From Polyangiaceae bacterium (lineage in GTDB: Bacteria; Myxococcota_A; Polyangia; Polyangiales; Polyangiaceae), in the NCBI GenBank assembly GCA_965222375.1, contig CBDCTZ010000016.1:2016001-2080000 (forward strand): a DNA stretch of 64,000 nt, in the 5' to 3' direction. A model generated the notes under the pieces. The model searched no databases. It saw only the letters and a list, made by a program, of their open reading frames with translations, and was not told the DNA's origin. Below, in pieces: positions 9,582-19,510 of this stretch. The position numbers and the translations under genes are program-made. The first letter of the stretch is position 1. Every line of letters starts with the position of its first letter.

Positions 9582-11960
9582 TCAAGCTACGCGACCGGCG
9601 TACTCGGGAGGCGCAGAAAAGCTCTGTTGCACGTCAAAGCCGACCCAACGGACGCGCGCATCGCCGTCTTGAACCGGATCCGGCAGAGCCAGGGCGCGCT
9701 CGATCACGTAGTCCTGCGCTCGACGCAGGTCCTCGGTCGACATGGTCGGTGTTTGAGTCACCCGGTAGTACCGCTCGTCGTCGACGCCCAAGCGGTGCAG
9801 TCTCCGACGTAGGTGAAGTTCCGTGCCGGGAAGCACGAGCAGGCGATTGACCACGACGCGGGCAGAGCCAAGCTCCAGGGTCCGATCGAAGGTCTGCTTG
9901 AAGGACTGGAGTGTCTCGCCGGGTAGTCCCAGAATCAGCGACAGCTCGAGAGGGCCGACCCCCTCGAAGACTTCAACCGCCCGAGCCAAATGCGCCATGC
10001 GGGTCCCCCGCTTGATGGGCGCAAAGGTCTCCGGAGTCAGGGACTGAACCCCGAAATGCAACGCACCGACGGGCACGCCACTCAGAGCTTCTCGCTGCGC
10101 TGGTCGGGCCAGAGATGGGTAGAGTTGGAACCCGTAGCGCAGTTTGCCCTTCGGGTCTCCGTTCCGAATCGCTTCGCAAACCCGCGCGAAGGCCTGGTCT
10201 GTCACGTTGGCGGTGCTGGCCCCTGCGTCCAACCATTCGGACTCGGGCCATGCAACGACCGCCGCCACCTCGGCCGCAAGCCGCTCTTGGCTTCGCATCT
10301 GCATGCGACCCTCTCGGCTCTGTTTGGCGTCGCTGCAGAACGTGCAACTGAAAGTGCAGCCTCGCGCCATTTCTATCGTGGGGCGAGCCACGCGATACAG
10401 GGTGCCCATCAAATAGGGTGACGGAAAATCGTCCAATTCTGGGACGCGAGCCTCCGGGCCGAACTCTGGCGTGCCATCGATCACGCGGACGAGGCCAGGC
10501 ATCCCCTTGGGGATACTTCGACGGCCCTTTTGCCCAATGAGCGCTTGGGTCAAATCGATCAACGTGTGCTCGCCGGAGCCGCGTGCGATGGCGTCGACCG
10601 CGTCCCACCACGAGAACCAGCTGGCATCCCGATGCAGGAAGGCGAAAGAGACGCCGCCCCAAAGGATGGGCGCTTCGAGCCCCTGGGACTTGAGCAAGCG
10701 ACTCACCCGCCCGCACTGCCCTAGGTTCCAGCTGTACGCCGACATTCCAACGAGATCTGGCTGCGCTTCTGCAATGGAGGCCGCGGCCGCCTCCGCCGAA
10801 AGGCCAACCAAGAACAAGATGTCGACGTCGACCGTGTCCGCGAGCTCCGGCTGCGACAGCACCGCTGCCCGCAGGTACTCGCTGGCCCCCGGACCATAGC
10901 CCCAAGTGGCTTCGGACAGGTTCACGAGGACCAAGCGAAAACGACCGGCGCGCCGGGTCAGCTTGCGTTTGTGAAATCTCGCAAGGGCTTCGGGTTCGTT
11001 TGCCCGCCTCCGGCTTGGAGCAACGGGTTGGGACAGGGGTGAGAGTCCACTGCTGCCGTGGCGCTGCAGGTACCAGGTTGGCAAGCCGCCGCAGCGAGGA
11101 GCTTCCGCACACGTGGTGCACTGCTGACCCATTCGCGCCGGATCTCGGCTTGCTGCGGGCAGCGCAACGTGGCGGTCGCTGCGCGCTGCTTCTGGAAGCG
11201 CGCATGGTGGAATGCCGCAATTCGGCAACAGCTGAATCTGGATCGAGAGCCGCTGTGCTTCCTCGAAGGCCGCTGCGAGGCGAGGGCGCAGTCGGCTGAG
11301 ATCTTCGGGTAGGTACTCGCTGGCTTCTGCCGCGGGAGGGATGCCGGAAGGGAGTAGAAGTTCGACTCGGTGTAGCTTTCTGGCGCGGGCGTGGGTTTGG
11401 CGAAGCAGCGCGGCTAGATCCTGTTTCTTGGCGGACAACAACGGGACGCGCAGTGAGAGCTCGAAGCCCGCCCGCGCCGCTTGGTCCAGGCCCTGGAGCA
11501 TCCGAGCGTGGGCGCCCTTGCGACCGGTCACGACGTCGTGGACTAGAGGATCCAAGGAATACGCGCTGAGGATGACCTCATCGAGCCCCGCTCGAGCTAG
11601 CGCTTCTGCCGCACCGGACGCCCCAAGGCGGACTCCGTTGGTCTCGACGGCAACGTGCACGAATCCACGCCTCTTGGCATCGGCGATGATCGTCGTGAGG
11701 TCCGGACGCCTGAGCGGGTCACAACCCAGCACCCGAAGTTGGCTGCTGTCGCCGCTCGGCATAGGCGACGGCTGCGCCACATCGGCGGGTTTCGATCGGG
11801 AGCAGAACCAGCACGCGAGATCACACTCGGCGACAAGGCGCATGCTCTCGACGCGATTGCCCGACACGGCCTGAGCATAGCGCGAGGACTCGGGTCGTCC
11901 TCGCAGCTTTCGCGCGAATGCCCGCCGCCTGGACAAATCGGGCTCGGGTCTCGGCGGCAA
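9582..11960 (-). CDS. Fusion of an HxsC-like radical SAM and a B12-binding radical SAM
   Basis: CDLACWFC, CTTCAEAPRCGG, then PDLVGMSAYSWN..ILWGG (B12-binding-like) and RGCTFSCTFC. Confidence 0.8.
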   Translation of the reverse strand: MPPRPEPDLSRRRAFARKLRGRPESSRYAQAVSGNRVESMRLVAECDLACWFCSRSKPADVAQPSPMPSGDSSQLRVLGCDPLRRPDLTTIIADAKRRGFVHVAVETNGVRLGASGAAEALARAGLDEVILSAYSLDPLVHDVVTGRKGAHARMLQGLDQAARAGFELSLRVPLLSAKKQDLAALLRQTHARARKLHRVELLLPSGIPPAAEASEYLPEDLSRLRPRLAAAFEEAQRLSIQIQLLPNCGIPPCALPEAARSDRHVALPAASRDPARMGQQCTTCAEAPRCGGLPTWYLQRHGSSGLSPLSQPVAPSRRRANEPEALARFHKRKLTRRAGRFRLVLVNLSEATWGYGPGASEYLRAAVLSQPELADTVDVDILFLVGLSAEAAAASIAEAQPDLVGMSAYSWNLGQCGRVSRLLKSQGLEAPILWGGVSFAFLHRDASWFSWWDAVDAIARGSGEHTLIDLTQALIGQKGRRSIPKGMPGLVRVIDGTPEFGPEARVPELDDFPSPYLMGTLYRVARPTIEMARGCTFSCTFCSDAKQSREGRMQMRSQERLAAEVAAVVAWPESEWLDAGASTANVTDQAFARVCEAIRNGDPKGKLRYGFQLYPSLARPAQREALSGVPVGALHFGVQSLTPETFAPIKRGTRMAHLARAVEVFEGVGPLELSLILGLPGETLQSFKQTFDRTLELGSARVVVNRLLVLPGTELHLRRRLHRLGVDDERYYRVTQTPTMSTEDLRRAQDYVIERALALPDPVQDGDARVRWVGFDVQQSFSAPPEYAGRVA

Positions 11961-12005
11961 TGGCCCGCTTTGACTCCAGTCCCAAAGCTAGAAACACTGC
12001 GGGGC

Positions 12006-12911
12006 ATGGCGGAGCGACGCGTGCGATGGCTGGAAGTCAGCGGCGACTTCCAGTGCAACAATCGTTGCGTCGGCTGCTTTTCTGTCAGCGATAGCGGCGA
12101 ACAGCGCATGTCGTCTCGGGACATCGCTGCCGAATTGGTACGGGCCCGCTCCCGCGGCGCTAGCCACCTATGGTTGGGTGGGGGCGAGCCCACGCTACGC
12201 AAGGACCTCCGCGGTGTGGTGCGCAAGGCGCGGGAGCTGGGCTTCGAGCGGATCAAGCTCCAGACCAACGGCATGCTGCTCGCTTATCCCGAGTTCACGG
12301 ACCAACTAGTTGCAGCCGGCATCACGGAAGTCAACTTCGCCATCAAGGGCGCGAACGCCGAGAGTCACGACAGGCTCACGCGCACCCCGGGTTGCCACGA
12401 GTTGATGCTCCAAGGCATTGCGGAGACACGTCGCCATGGCTTGCCCATGGAAGGGGACCTGCTCGTCTACACAAGCAACCAAGCCGAAATCAGCGACATG
12501 GTGCAGACGTACTTCGACCTTGGCCTGCGCCGCTTCAACATTTGGCTCTTCTCCGCGACGGATCAAGGTGACAAAGACCTTTCGGCCCAAGTGCCCAAGC
12601 TCTCGGAAGTCGTGGTCGAGATCACCCGAGCGATGGATCTGCGCCTCTCGGATGCCCCCGACTTCATCACGTCGCTGCATACGCCGCCCTGTGTCGTGCC
12701 CGCGTCACACCACGCTTGCTTGTTCCACGCCGCCGATCTCGAACTGTGGGTGGCAAACCCAGGGGGCTATGGTTTCCTTTTGGAAGAGTCTCCCATCGAG
12801 GGTGGGCACTATCTCGAGCGTTGTGACCGGTGTTCTGCGAGGAAGCAGTGCGGGGGCATTCGCAAGGACTACCTTGGGATCTTCGGAGATTCCGAGTTCC
12901 AGCCCATCTGA
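12006..12911 (+). CDS. Radical SAM protein (HxsC-like)
   Basis: CNNRCVGC, GGEPT, QTNG, CDRCSARKQCGG; ATG 12006 divergent from the 11960 gene. Confidence 0.85.
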   Translation: MAERRVRWLEVSGDFQCNNRCVGCFSVSDSGEQRMSSRDIAAELVRARSRGASHLWLGGGEPTLRKDLRGVVRKARELGFERIKLQTNGMLLAYPEFTDQLVAAGITEVNFAIKGANAESHDRLTRTPGCHELMLQGIAETRRHGLPMEGDLLVYTSNQAEISDMVQTYFDLGLRRFNIWLFSATDQGDKDLSAQVPKLSEVVVEITRAMDLRLSDAPDFITSLHTPPCVVPASHHACLFHAADLELWVANPGGYGFLLEESPIEGGHYLERCDRCSARKQCGGIRKDYLGIFGDSEFQPI

Positions 12912-13639
12912 TGCGCGCCATGACCTACTACGAACCGGATCTCGCCTTGGTGCATCACGAGGGCTTTGGTTTTCACGTAGATCGTACCGCCGAGGGGATC
13001 TTGCAGATCTTGTCCCAGACCGTCGTAGCGGGAGCGCGGGTGCTAGATGTGGGTTGCGGCAGCGGTCTGTTGGCGGCTCGCCTAGTCGAGGCGGGCTACG
13101 AAACCCACGGCGTCGACGCTTCTGCTCCCATGATTGCGCTGGCTCGCAAGACAGCTCCCGGTGCCCACTTTCGCGTGGCGACGCTACCGGGTGCGAGCCT
13201 GCCCAAAGTGGACGCGATCGTGTCGACGGGCCACGTGCTTGCCTACCTGCCCAGTCCTGAATCGATCCTGGCAGCTCTCAAAGAGCTTGCCGACGCTCTC
13301 GAGCCCGGGGGCGTGCTCGCCGTGGATCACATGACGCCTGACTATTGCGAGCGACGGGATATCGACGACGTGGTTGCCCGAGTCGAAGAGGAGTGGACAA
13401 TCATCGTTCGTTTCGCTCGCCCCAGCCCGGAAAAGTTTGTCCGTGAGATCACGACGTTCGTCCGTGAAGGTTCCGGCTTTCGCCGGGCTGACGAGACTCA
13501 CTTGAACTTTGCCGTTGCTGCCGAGGACGCAAGCGCCGTCCTGTCTCGGGCCGGGCTCTCCGTCGAGAAACGCTCGTCCTTCGGCGGTGAAGCTCTGCCC
13601 CCGGGGTTGGTTGTACTGGTGGCGCGGCGGCCAAAATAG
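12911..13639 (+). CDS. Class I SAM-dependent methyltransferase
   Basis: VLDVGCGSG; TGATG coupling to the upstream gene. Confidence 0.85.
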   Translation: MRAMTYYEPDLALVHHEGFGFHVDRTAEGILQILSQTVVAGARVLDVGCGSGLLAARLVEAGYETHGVDASAPMIALARKTAPGAHFRVATLPGASLPKVDAIVSTGHVLAYLPSPESILAALKELADALEPGGVLAVDHMTPDYCERRDIDDVVARVEEEWTIIVRFARPSPEKFVREITTFVREGSGFRRADETHLNFAVAAEDASAVLSRAGLSVEKRSSFGGEALPPGLVVLVARRPK

Positions 13640-13692
13640 CGCCCGTGGCACTAACTCTGACGGGCCCGCTGTCGCGCGCTAAGGTTGCGCCC

Positions 13693-14055
13693 ATGCCATG
13701 GGTCCGCATTGCCGCCGTCGTTGGCTTCCTGGGTGTGTCTCTCGGCGCTTTCGGCGCGCACGGTCTTCGCGGGAAGATCCCCGACAAGCTACTTTCGGCT
13801 TATGAAACCGGCGTGCTCTATCACCTGATCCACGCGGCGGTCATCGTGGCATTGGCTCTCTACGGCCGAGCGACTCAAGTGAGCATATCTGCGCCCGCCG
13901 GCGCGATGTTGGCGGGCATCGTGCTCTTCTCTGGGTCACTGTACTTGATGGCCATCACGGGCGTCACCCGATTGGGGCTCGTGACGCCCTTCGGCGGCGT
14001 GTCCTTCTTGGTGGGTTGGGGCCTCGTGTTTTTCCAGCTAGGTAAGGCGCAGTGA
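13693..14055 (+). CDS. DUF423 (YgdD/TMEM256-like) membrane protein
   Basis: GAFGAHGL, GIVLFSGSLY, TPFGG motifs. Confidence 0.85.
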   Translation: MPWVRIAAVVGFLGVSLGAFGAHGLRGKIPDKLLSAYETGVLYHLIHAAVIVALALYGRATQVSISAPAGAMLAGIVLFSGSLYLMAITGVTRLGLVTPFGGVSFLVGWGLVFFQLGKAQ

Positions 14056-14690
14056 GTCAACGCGGTCCATTCAAGACGGCGCTGGGGCACTTCAACACTT
14101 GGTGCCTCTCTCGTCTGGACGGCACCATGCACAAGGCCCTGGGTGCTCGCAAGCGCGCTCTGTTTCGAGACTTACCCAAGCGGGTGCTGGAGATCGGACC
14201 GGGTTTGGGTGCGAACTTCCGCTACTACCCCGAGGGCACTCGGGTCGTTGCGCTCGAGCCCAGCCCGTTCATGCACGACAGCCTTCACGCCACTGCCAGT
14301 CGCTACGGCATCGAGCTAGAGATTGTCGAAGAGTGGGCGGAGAAGCTGAGCTTGGAGGACGCTTGCGTGGACGCTGTGGTGGGGACGCTGGTGCTCTGCT
14401 CTGTGCGCAAGCCCGACCGAGTCATGAAGCAGGTGCATCGAGTGCTTGCGCCCGGCGGCACGTACGTCTTCTTGGAGCACGTCGGTGCGGCCCGCGGAAG
14501 TATCCGCAGACGCGTTCAGAGCGCTCTGGCACCACCGTGGCGTGTCGTATTCGAGGGTTGTGAGCCCAACCGGGACACTCGTGGGTTGATCGAGCGGACA
14601 GGTTTTTCCGAAGTCCAGGTGGAGGAGTATGTTGCGCAGTCTCCGTACTACCCCATCAATACTCAGATTGCTGGCTGGGCTATCAAGTAG
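14052..14690 (+). CDS. Class I SAM-dependent methyltransferase (METTL7-like)
   Basis: VLEIGPGLGANF, TLVLCSV, FLEH. Confidence 0.85.
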   Translation: MSQRGPFKTALGHFNTWCLSRLDGTMHKALGARKRALFRDLPKRVLEIGPGLGANFRYYPEGTRVVALEPSPFMHDSLHATASRYGIELEIVEEWAEKLSLEDACVDAVVGTLVLCSVRKPDRVMKQVHRVLAPGGTYVFLEHVGAARGSIRRRVQSALAPPWRVVFEGCEPNRDTRGLIERTGFSEVQVEEYVAQSPYYPINTQIAGWAIK

Positions 14691-14694
14691 AGCC

Positions 14695-17031
14695 ATGCGC
14701 GTCGCCTTCGTGATCCAGCACGGCGAAGCGCGCTACGGTTTCTTTGACGACACACTGCTGTCACTGTTGTGCGCGGATGCACGTCGCTCGGGCCATGAAG
14801 CCGAAGTCGTGCACGTATTTTTCGACGGACGCAGTGCCGACCGAGATGCCGCGGTCCGGGCGGAGCTGAAGGCCTGGCTCGCGGAACATCGCACCCAGCT
14901 CGTGGTGGTCGAACGTTGCGTGGACCTCCCGTCGCTCGCTGACTTCGCGGAGTCTCCAGAATGCACCTTGGTGCAGGTGACTCGTGGCGACTCCCTCGAC
15001 CCTGCGCCGTGCGCCAGCTTCATGGTCGGCGCACTGCCCGGCTTGACGAGTCAAAAGCGCGTCGCGCGTACGCCGCCCATCGACAGCCTGCGTCAGAGCT
15101 TCGAGGATTTGTTGAGGTGCCTGCGAAGCGGTTCTGCCACCGAGGGCGTTGCCGGGGTGACTCGTCTGGTGGAGGGCGAGTTCCTCCCCGGGCCGCCGAT
15201 AGAACCGAACGCAAAGTCTCGGCCCTTCGAGCCCGTCGTCGAGCACCAAGTCATCGCTCTCGACGTTCCCGCGGCGTCGACCCACAAGACCATATTCGGA
15301 AACGTGGGCTGCCCCTACGCGCAGGATCCCTACAGGTCGTCCCATTTCCTCGGCGCGGAGGCGCCGGACCAGGTTGGGCTGAGTCGCCTCGGCTGCGCCT
15401 TCTGCCCCATGGGTGGTGACTACCAGGTGCGCGCGGACCCGGAAGTCATCGCGAGCCTCATCACTCAAGCGCAATACTACGCGGACGCCTTGCCGAAGCT
15501 GGATGCGCTCGTGCTCTCGGACCAAGCTCCGGCCCGATATCTGGCTGGGCTGATGGACGCGGCGGGAGCAGCGCGCATTCGTCCACTGCGCTGGCTGTTT
15601 CCTTGCCGGGCTGACGCCTTCTTGCGCGAGGGCAAGGCCCTCGTCGCTGCTGTCGAGGCGGCTCAAGCCGCCAACCAAATCTTGGAGTGCTACCTGATCG
15701 GATTCGAGTCGTTCTGCCAACGCGAACTCGATCGCTACAACAAGGGCGTACAGGTGTCGGAGCTGGTGCAGAGCGTCGAGGGCATGCGAGAGCTCAAAGC
15801 GAAGTTTCCGCACAACTTCGACTACGCGCGAGCGCGGGGCCACAGCCTCGTTCTCTTCAACCCATGGACGTCGCCTCAGGACGTGTTCGAGAGCACAGAG
15901 GCGTTGAGGCAGCACGGGCTGTTGGAGCTATTTGATGAAATTGCGCGCAACCGATTGCGCCTGTATTCGGATCTCCCAATCACTCATGCGGCGAAGCGGG
16001 ATGGCGCTCTCGAGGTGCGAGATGCGGTCGGCTCGGGTGCCGGTCGCCGCAAGGGGTACAGTCAGGAATTACCTTGGCGGTTCTTGGATCCGCGCACGCA
16101 CGCTCTGGCGGATGTGTTGGAGCTGCTACGGGGGCAGCTCGGCACTGAAACCGAGCTGTCCCAACTGCGAGCGGCGACGCAGCTCTCGCTTTCCACCGAT
16201 GAGCTCGAGCTTCCACAGCTCGGAGACCGACTCTCCGCACTCACCGAAGCCGTCACTGACCTGCTGCACGACGAGCGCCGACCCGCAGCATTGCCACGCG
16301 CCCGCACGCAGCGCGCCTCGGCCGTCATATTCGCTGGCGCTTGCAACAATGGCTGCGTTGCATGTCCAAATCGAGACCACTTCTTCTCGGACGACGAAGG
16401 CGCCCTATCCGAGCGCGTGAAGTCCGCGCGCCAGCAGGCACAGCCCGTGCTGTTCGCCGGGCGAGAGCCCAGCATGCACCCGGCGCTGTTTCGCCTGCTT
16501 CAGGCAGCTAGAGGCGAGGATGCAAGAGCCGTCGGCGTGGTCAGCAACGGCCGGCGTTTCAGCTACCCTGCCTTCACGGAAGCCTGCGTGCAGTCGGGTC
16601 TCCGCGCCGCAAGTGTCAAGCTATTCGCGCCGACGGCGGCGACGGCCGATCAGATCAGCCGTGCCGAGGGGGCGCATGCCCAGGCCCTGGAGGGTTTGCA
16701 CCGACTGTCTGTTGCCGGCGTCGCTCTGGAAATCCGTGCGCCCATGCATCGAGCCAACCTCGATGCACTCGAACAGTTCGCAGCAATCGCGGGCGAGTTC
16801 GGTGCTTCCCTCCGGGTCGAAGTCAATCTCGAGGCCGTCGGCTTGACCGCATTGGAGGAAGCTGCTGGCGCGCTGCGTCGCCTCATTGCCGCATGCATTT
16901 CGGCGCGCATTGCCTTGGAAGCCGCGCCCCTTTCCGCAGCTACGCGGGACTTTCGCTATCTGCCCCTGCCCGCCGCGCTAAGGGTCCAGCGCAGCCGAAC
17001 GCCTTTGGCCGACGCGGATTCACAGGACTGA
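14695..17031 (+). CDS. Two-domain radical SAM protein with a non-canonical first Cys motif
   Basis: GC-X27-CAFC and IGFESF in domain 1; CNNGCVAC, GREPS and SNG in domain 2. Confidence 0.75.
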   Translation: MRVAFVIQHGEARYGFFDDTLLSLLCADARRSGHEAEVVHVFFDGRSADRDAAVRAELKAWLAEHRTQLVVVERCVDLPSLADFAESPECTLVQVTRGDSLDPAPCASFMVGALPGLTSQKRVARTPPIDSLRQSFEDLLRCLRSGSATEGVAGVTRLVEGEFLPGPPIEPNAKSRPFEPVVEHQVIALDVPAASTHKTIFGNVGCPYAQDPYRSSHFLGAEAPDQVGLSRLGCAFCPMGGDYQVRADPEVIASLITQAQYYADALPKLDALVLSDQAPARYLAGLMDAAGAARIRPLRWLFPCRADAFLREGKALVAAVEAAQAANQILECYLIGFESFCQRELDRYNKGVQVSELVQSVEGMRELKAKFPHNFDYARARGHSLVLFNPWTSPQDVFESTEALRQHGLLELFDEIARNRLRLYSDLPITHAAKRDGALEVRDAVGSGAGRRKGYSQELPWRFLDPRTHALADVLELLRGQLGTETELSQLRAATQLSLSTDELELPQLGDRLSALTEAVTDLLHDERRPAALPRARTQRASAVIFAGACNNGCVACPNRDHFFSDDEGALSERVKSARQQAQPVLFAGREPSMHPALFRLLQAARGEDARAVGVVSNGRRFSYPAFTEACVQSGLRAASVKLFAPTAATADQISRAEGAHAQALEGLHRLSVAGVALEIRAPMHRANLDALEQFAAIAGEFGASLRVEVNLEAVGLTALEEAAGALRRLIAACISARIALEAAPLSAATRDFRYLPLPAALRVQRSRTPLADADSQD

Positions 17032-17071
17032 GTCACGCCCACGACTCCTGTGCGCTAGAGTCCAGGGTTGC

Positions 17072-18133
17072 ATGCTTCGGTTCTTTCCGCTTGCTGCTTT
17101 CGCCTTGGCTCTCGGATGCACCACCATTCTGGGAATCGATGGCGAGTTCCGGGATGAGGCTCCGGGTGGAGCGGCCGGCGCCTCAGGTGGTGGTGGCAGC
17201 GCTGGGGCTGATAGCGGCTTGGGCGGGAGTGGGGGCATGGGGCTCGTCGGGGTCGAGGATTGCCTCAATGGCAAAGATGACAACGACGACGATCAGGTCG
17301 ATTGCGCGGACAGCACGTGCCAAGACAAGTTCGGTTGTGAGCCTGCCGCGCCAGCTGGCTTCATGGGGCCCGTGGTGGTGTGGACCGGCGCCGGGACCGA
17401 AACCCCACCACCGTGTGCGGATCCTCAACTCGATCAACTCTCCCTCTTTGATGGCCTGACAGCGCCCCCCGCAGATTGCAGCTCGATCACTTGTCAGTGC
17501 TCTAAAACGAAAAGCCTAAACTGCCTGGCCTTGATCAAGTATCAAGGCGGCACCTGCACTGCGAGCGGCAGCTACACGCCCCTAAGCGGCGGCTGCTTCA
17601 ACTTCTCGGTGGGCGTGCCCTCCAATGCGAACTTCCTGCCTGGGTCTTCCGGCAACCTCGAGTGCACGGCCTTTCCGCTGGGCCAGGCAACGCTCCCGGA
17701 AGTGAACTGGAAAAACCGCTACGCGTTGTGCTTTGCCTCCAACCCCGGCGCCGGTTGTGCAGGTGACCTGTGCGTGCCCAAGCCGGATAGCAACTACACC
17801 AAGCGCTGCGTATACAAGAAAGGAAGCGCGAGCTGCCCTGCTGCGTTCCCGACCGCCCTCAATCTATTCTCGGGCGTGACCGACCAGCGAGGCTGCACGC
17901 CCTGCACTTGCGACGACACTGCGTCCTGCAGCGTGAGCGTCGAAGAGTTCTCCGGCAAAGACTGCCCCGGTAGTGGTGCCATCATGCCATCAGGCGGAGC
18001 CTGTTTGCCGGTAAGCGGCTCATCCCAGCGTTCGGTTCAAGTTACGGCGACGACCCCCGACTGCGTGCCCCAGGATGGCGCCGCCGTTGGCACTGCAACT
18101 CCCTCAGGGCCCATGACCGTTTGCTGCGAATGA
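17072..18133 (+). CDS. Cys-rich lipoprotein
   Basis: Lipobox LALGC, Gly-rich linker, EDCLNGKDDNDDDQVDCAD motif. Confidence 0.75.
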   Translation: MLRFFPLAAFALALGCTTILGIDGEFRDEAPGGAAGASGGGGSAGADSGLGGSGGMGLVGVEDCLNGKDDNDDDQVDCADSTCQDKFGCEPAAPAGFMGPVVVWTGAGTETPPPCADPQLDQLSLFDGLTAPPADCSSITCQCSKTKSLNCLALIKYQGGTCTASGSYTPLSGGCFNFSVGVPSNANFLPGSSGNLECTAFPLGQATLPEVNWKNRYALCFASNPGAGCAGDLCVPKPDSNYTKRCVYKKGSASCPAAFPTALNLFSGVTDQRGCTPCTCDDTASCSVSVEEFSGKDCPGSGAIMPSGGACLPVSGSSQRSVQVTATTPDCVPQDGAAVGTATPSGPMTVCCE

Positions 18134-18178
18134 TCAGGTCGCGGGAATAGGCGCGGGGCTCGGCCTGTTGCGCCGACA

Positions 18179-18676
18179 ATGCGACTTCGCTTGCTGGCTC
18201 TGATCCTGACTGTGGTGCCCTTGGTCGGCTGTGATCACGCCACGAAGTACTGGGCGGAAACCAAGCTGCAGGGTGCGGCGCCCATCGAGATCCTGCCGAA
18301 CATGCTCGATTTGACCTACGTGCGGAATTTCGACGTCGCCTTCAGCCTGCTGCGTCACGTCCCCGACGACTGGAGGTTCACGCTGATCGTGGGCCTGGGG
18401 CTCCTCGCCATTGCCCTGGTCAGCTTCGTGTTGCTTTGGCGCCGATTGCCCTTGATGGAGGCCTCCGCGTACACGCTGGTCCTATCGGGTGCCATCGGCA
18501 ACGTGTCGGATCGGATCCTTCGCGGCTACGTCGTGGACTTCGTGCATCTGCACTATTGGCCCGTCTTCAACGCTGCGGATGTGTGGGTCGTGCTCGGTGT
18601 CGCACTCCTTGCCGTGTCCGCCATCCGCAAGGGGCCCGGACCGGGCAAGCTCATCGTCGCCCGCGCGCCGCCCTAA
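18179..18676 (+). CDS. lspA: Lipoprotein signal peptidase II
   Basis: DHATK, GAIGNVSDR, GYVVDFV, WPVFNAAD. Confidence 0.9.
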   Translation: MRLRLLALILTVVPLVGCDHATKYWAETKLQGAAPIEILPNMLDLTYVRNFDVAFSLLRHVPDDWRFTLIVGLGLLAIALVSFVLLWRRLPLMEASAYTLVLSGAIGNVSDRILRGYVVDFVHLHYWPVFNAADVWVVLGVALLAVSAIRKGPGPGKLIVARAPP

Positions 18677-18694
18677 CTGCTCCCTTTCATGATC

Positions 18695-19468
18695 CTACGC
18701 CGTGTGGTTCGCCACGAAAGCATAGGCCGCAGGGTCGAAGGGCCTGCCCACTAGCGTCGGAGCATTGCAGTACGGAGCCCCGCCAGGCTCGGGAACGCCC
18801 CAGCGCACGGCCTCAGCGATCCGCTGGTCTTGTAGCCGCAGTGAGAAAGCGACGCCCTCGCTCCCCATCACATGCACCCGCGCAGCAAGTTCGCGCCAGG
18901 CGGCCTCGAAACCTGGGTGCGTGCTGCCCAACTCCGAGAGCAAGCGCTCGCCCAAGAGTCGAGTCGCGTCGCAGCGCAGCGAGCACGGCGCGTGTGACAC
19001 CAGTGAGAGGGGCCCCACCAGCCACAGGGTCTCCGCGGGTGCCGCATCGGGCTCTCGAGGCAGCAGCGCGGCGAGTAGGGCGTCATCGTCCTGCACTTCG
19101 AGCCCGACAAAGCGCGTCACGCAACAACTCGGGTAGCCGAGCAGCTCACCGAAGGCTGCTTCGGCTCCTTCGCTGCGCCGTCTCGCGGCCATCTCGAGGG
19201 TATGCGCTTGCTCCAAAATACGACTCTCGGAGGCCGCCAGAATCACGATCTGACCATCCGGCGCCGGAGACTCGATGCGTCGAAGCTCGAGCCCGGCGCC
19301 TGCGAGCCAAGCTTGAGCAATCGCGGCGTCTGCGCTGCCCTGGCATTCCCGCTTGATCAGCTTTCGCAGCCCCAAGCCCAGCGCTGCGAGTTCGGGATCC
19401 GCTGGAGATACCGCGCCTTGCCCCGGCGTGCCGGAACGCAGCCGTGCTGGCCACTTGGGAAACGCCAC
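18695..19468 (-). CDS. Hypothetical protein, DUF483-like
   Basis: GELLGYPSCC and SHAPCSLRC motifs. Confidence 0.55.
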   Translation of the reverse strand: MAFPKWPARLRSGTPGQGAVSPADPELAALGLGLRKLIKRECQGSADAAIAQAWLAGAGLELRRIESPAPDGQIVILAASESRILEQAHTLEMAARRRSEGAEAAFGELLGYPSCCVTRFVGLEVQDDDALLAALLPREPDAAPAETLWLVGPLSLVSHAPCSLRCDATRLLGERLLSELGSTHPGFEAAWRELAARVHVMGSEGVAFSLRLQDQRIAEAVRWGVPEPGGAPYCNAPTLVGRPFDPAAYAFVANHTA

Positions 19469-19510
19469 TCGGTCCTTTTAGCAGCCAAAGCGCCGAGCTA
19501 CGACATTGCC

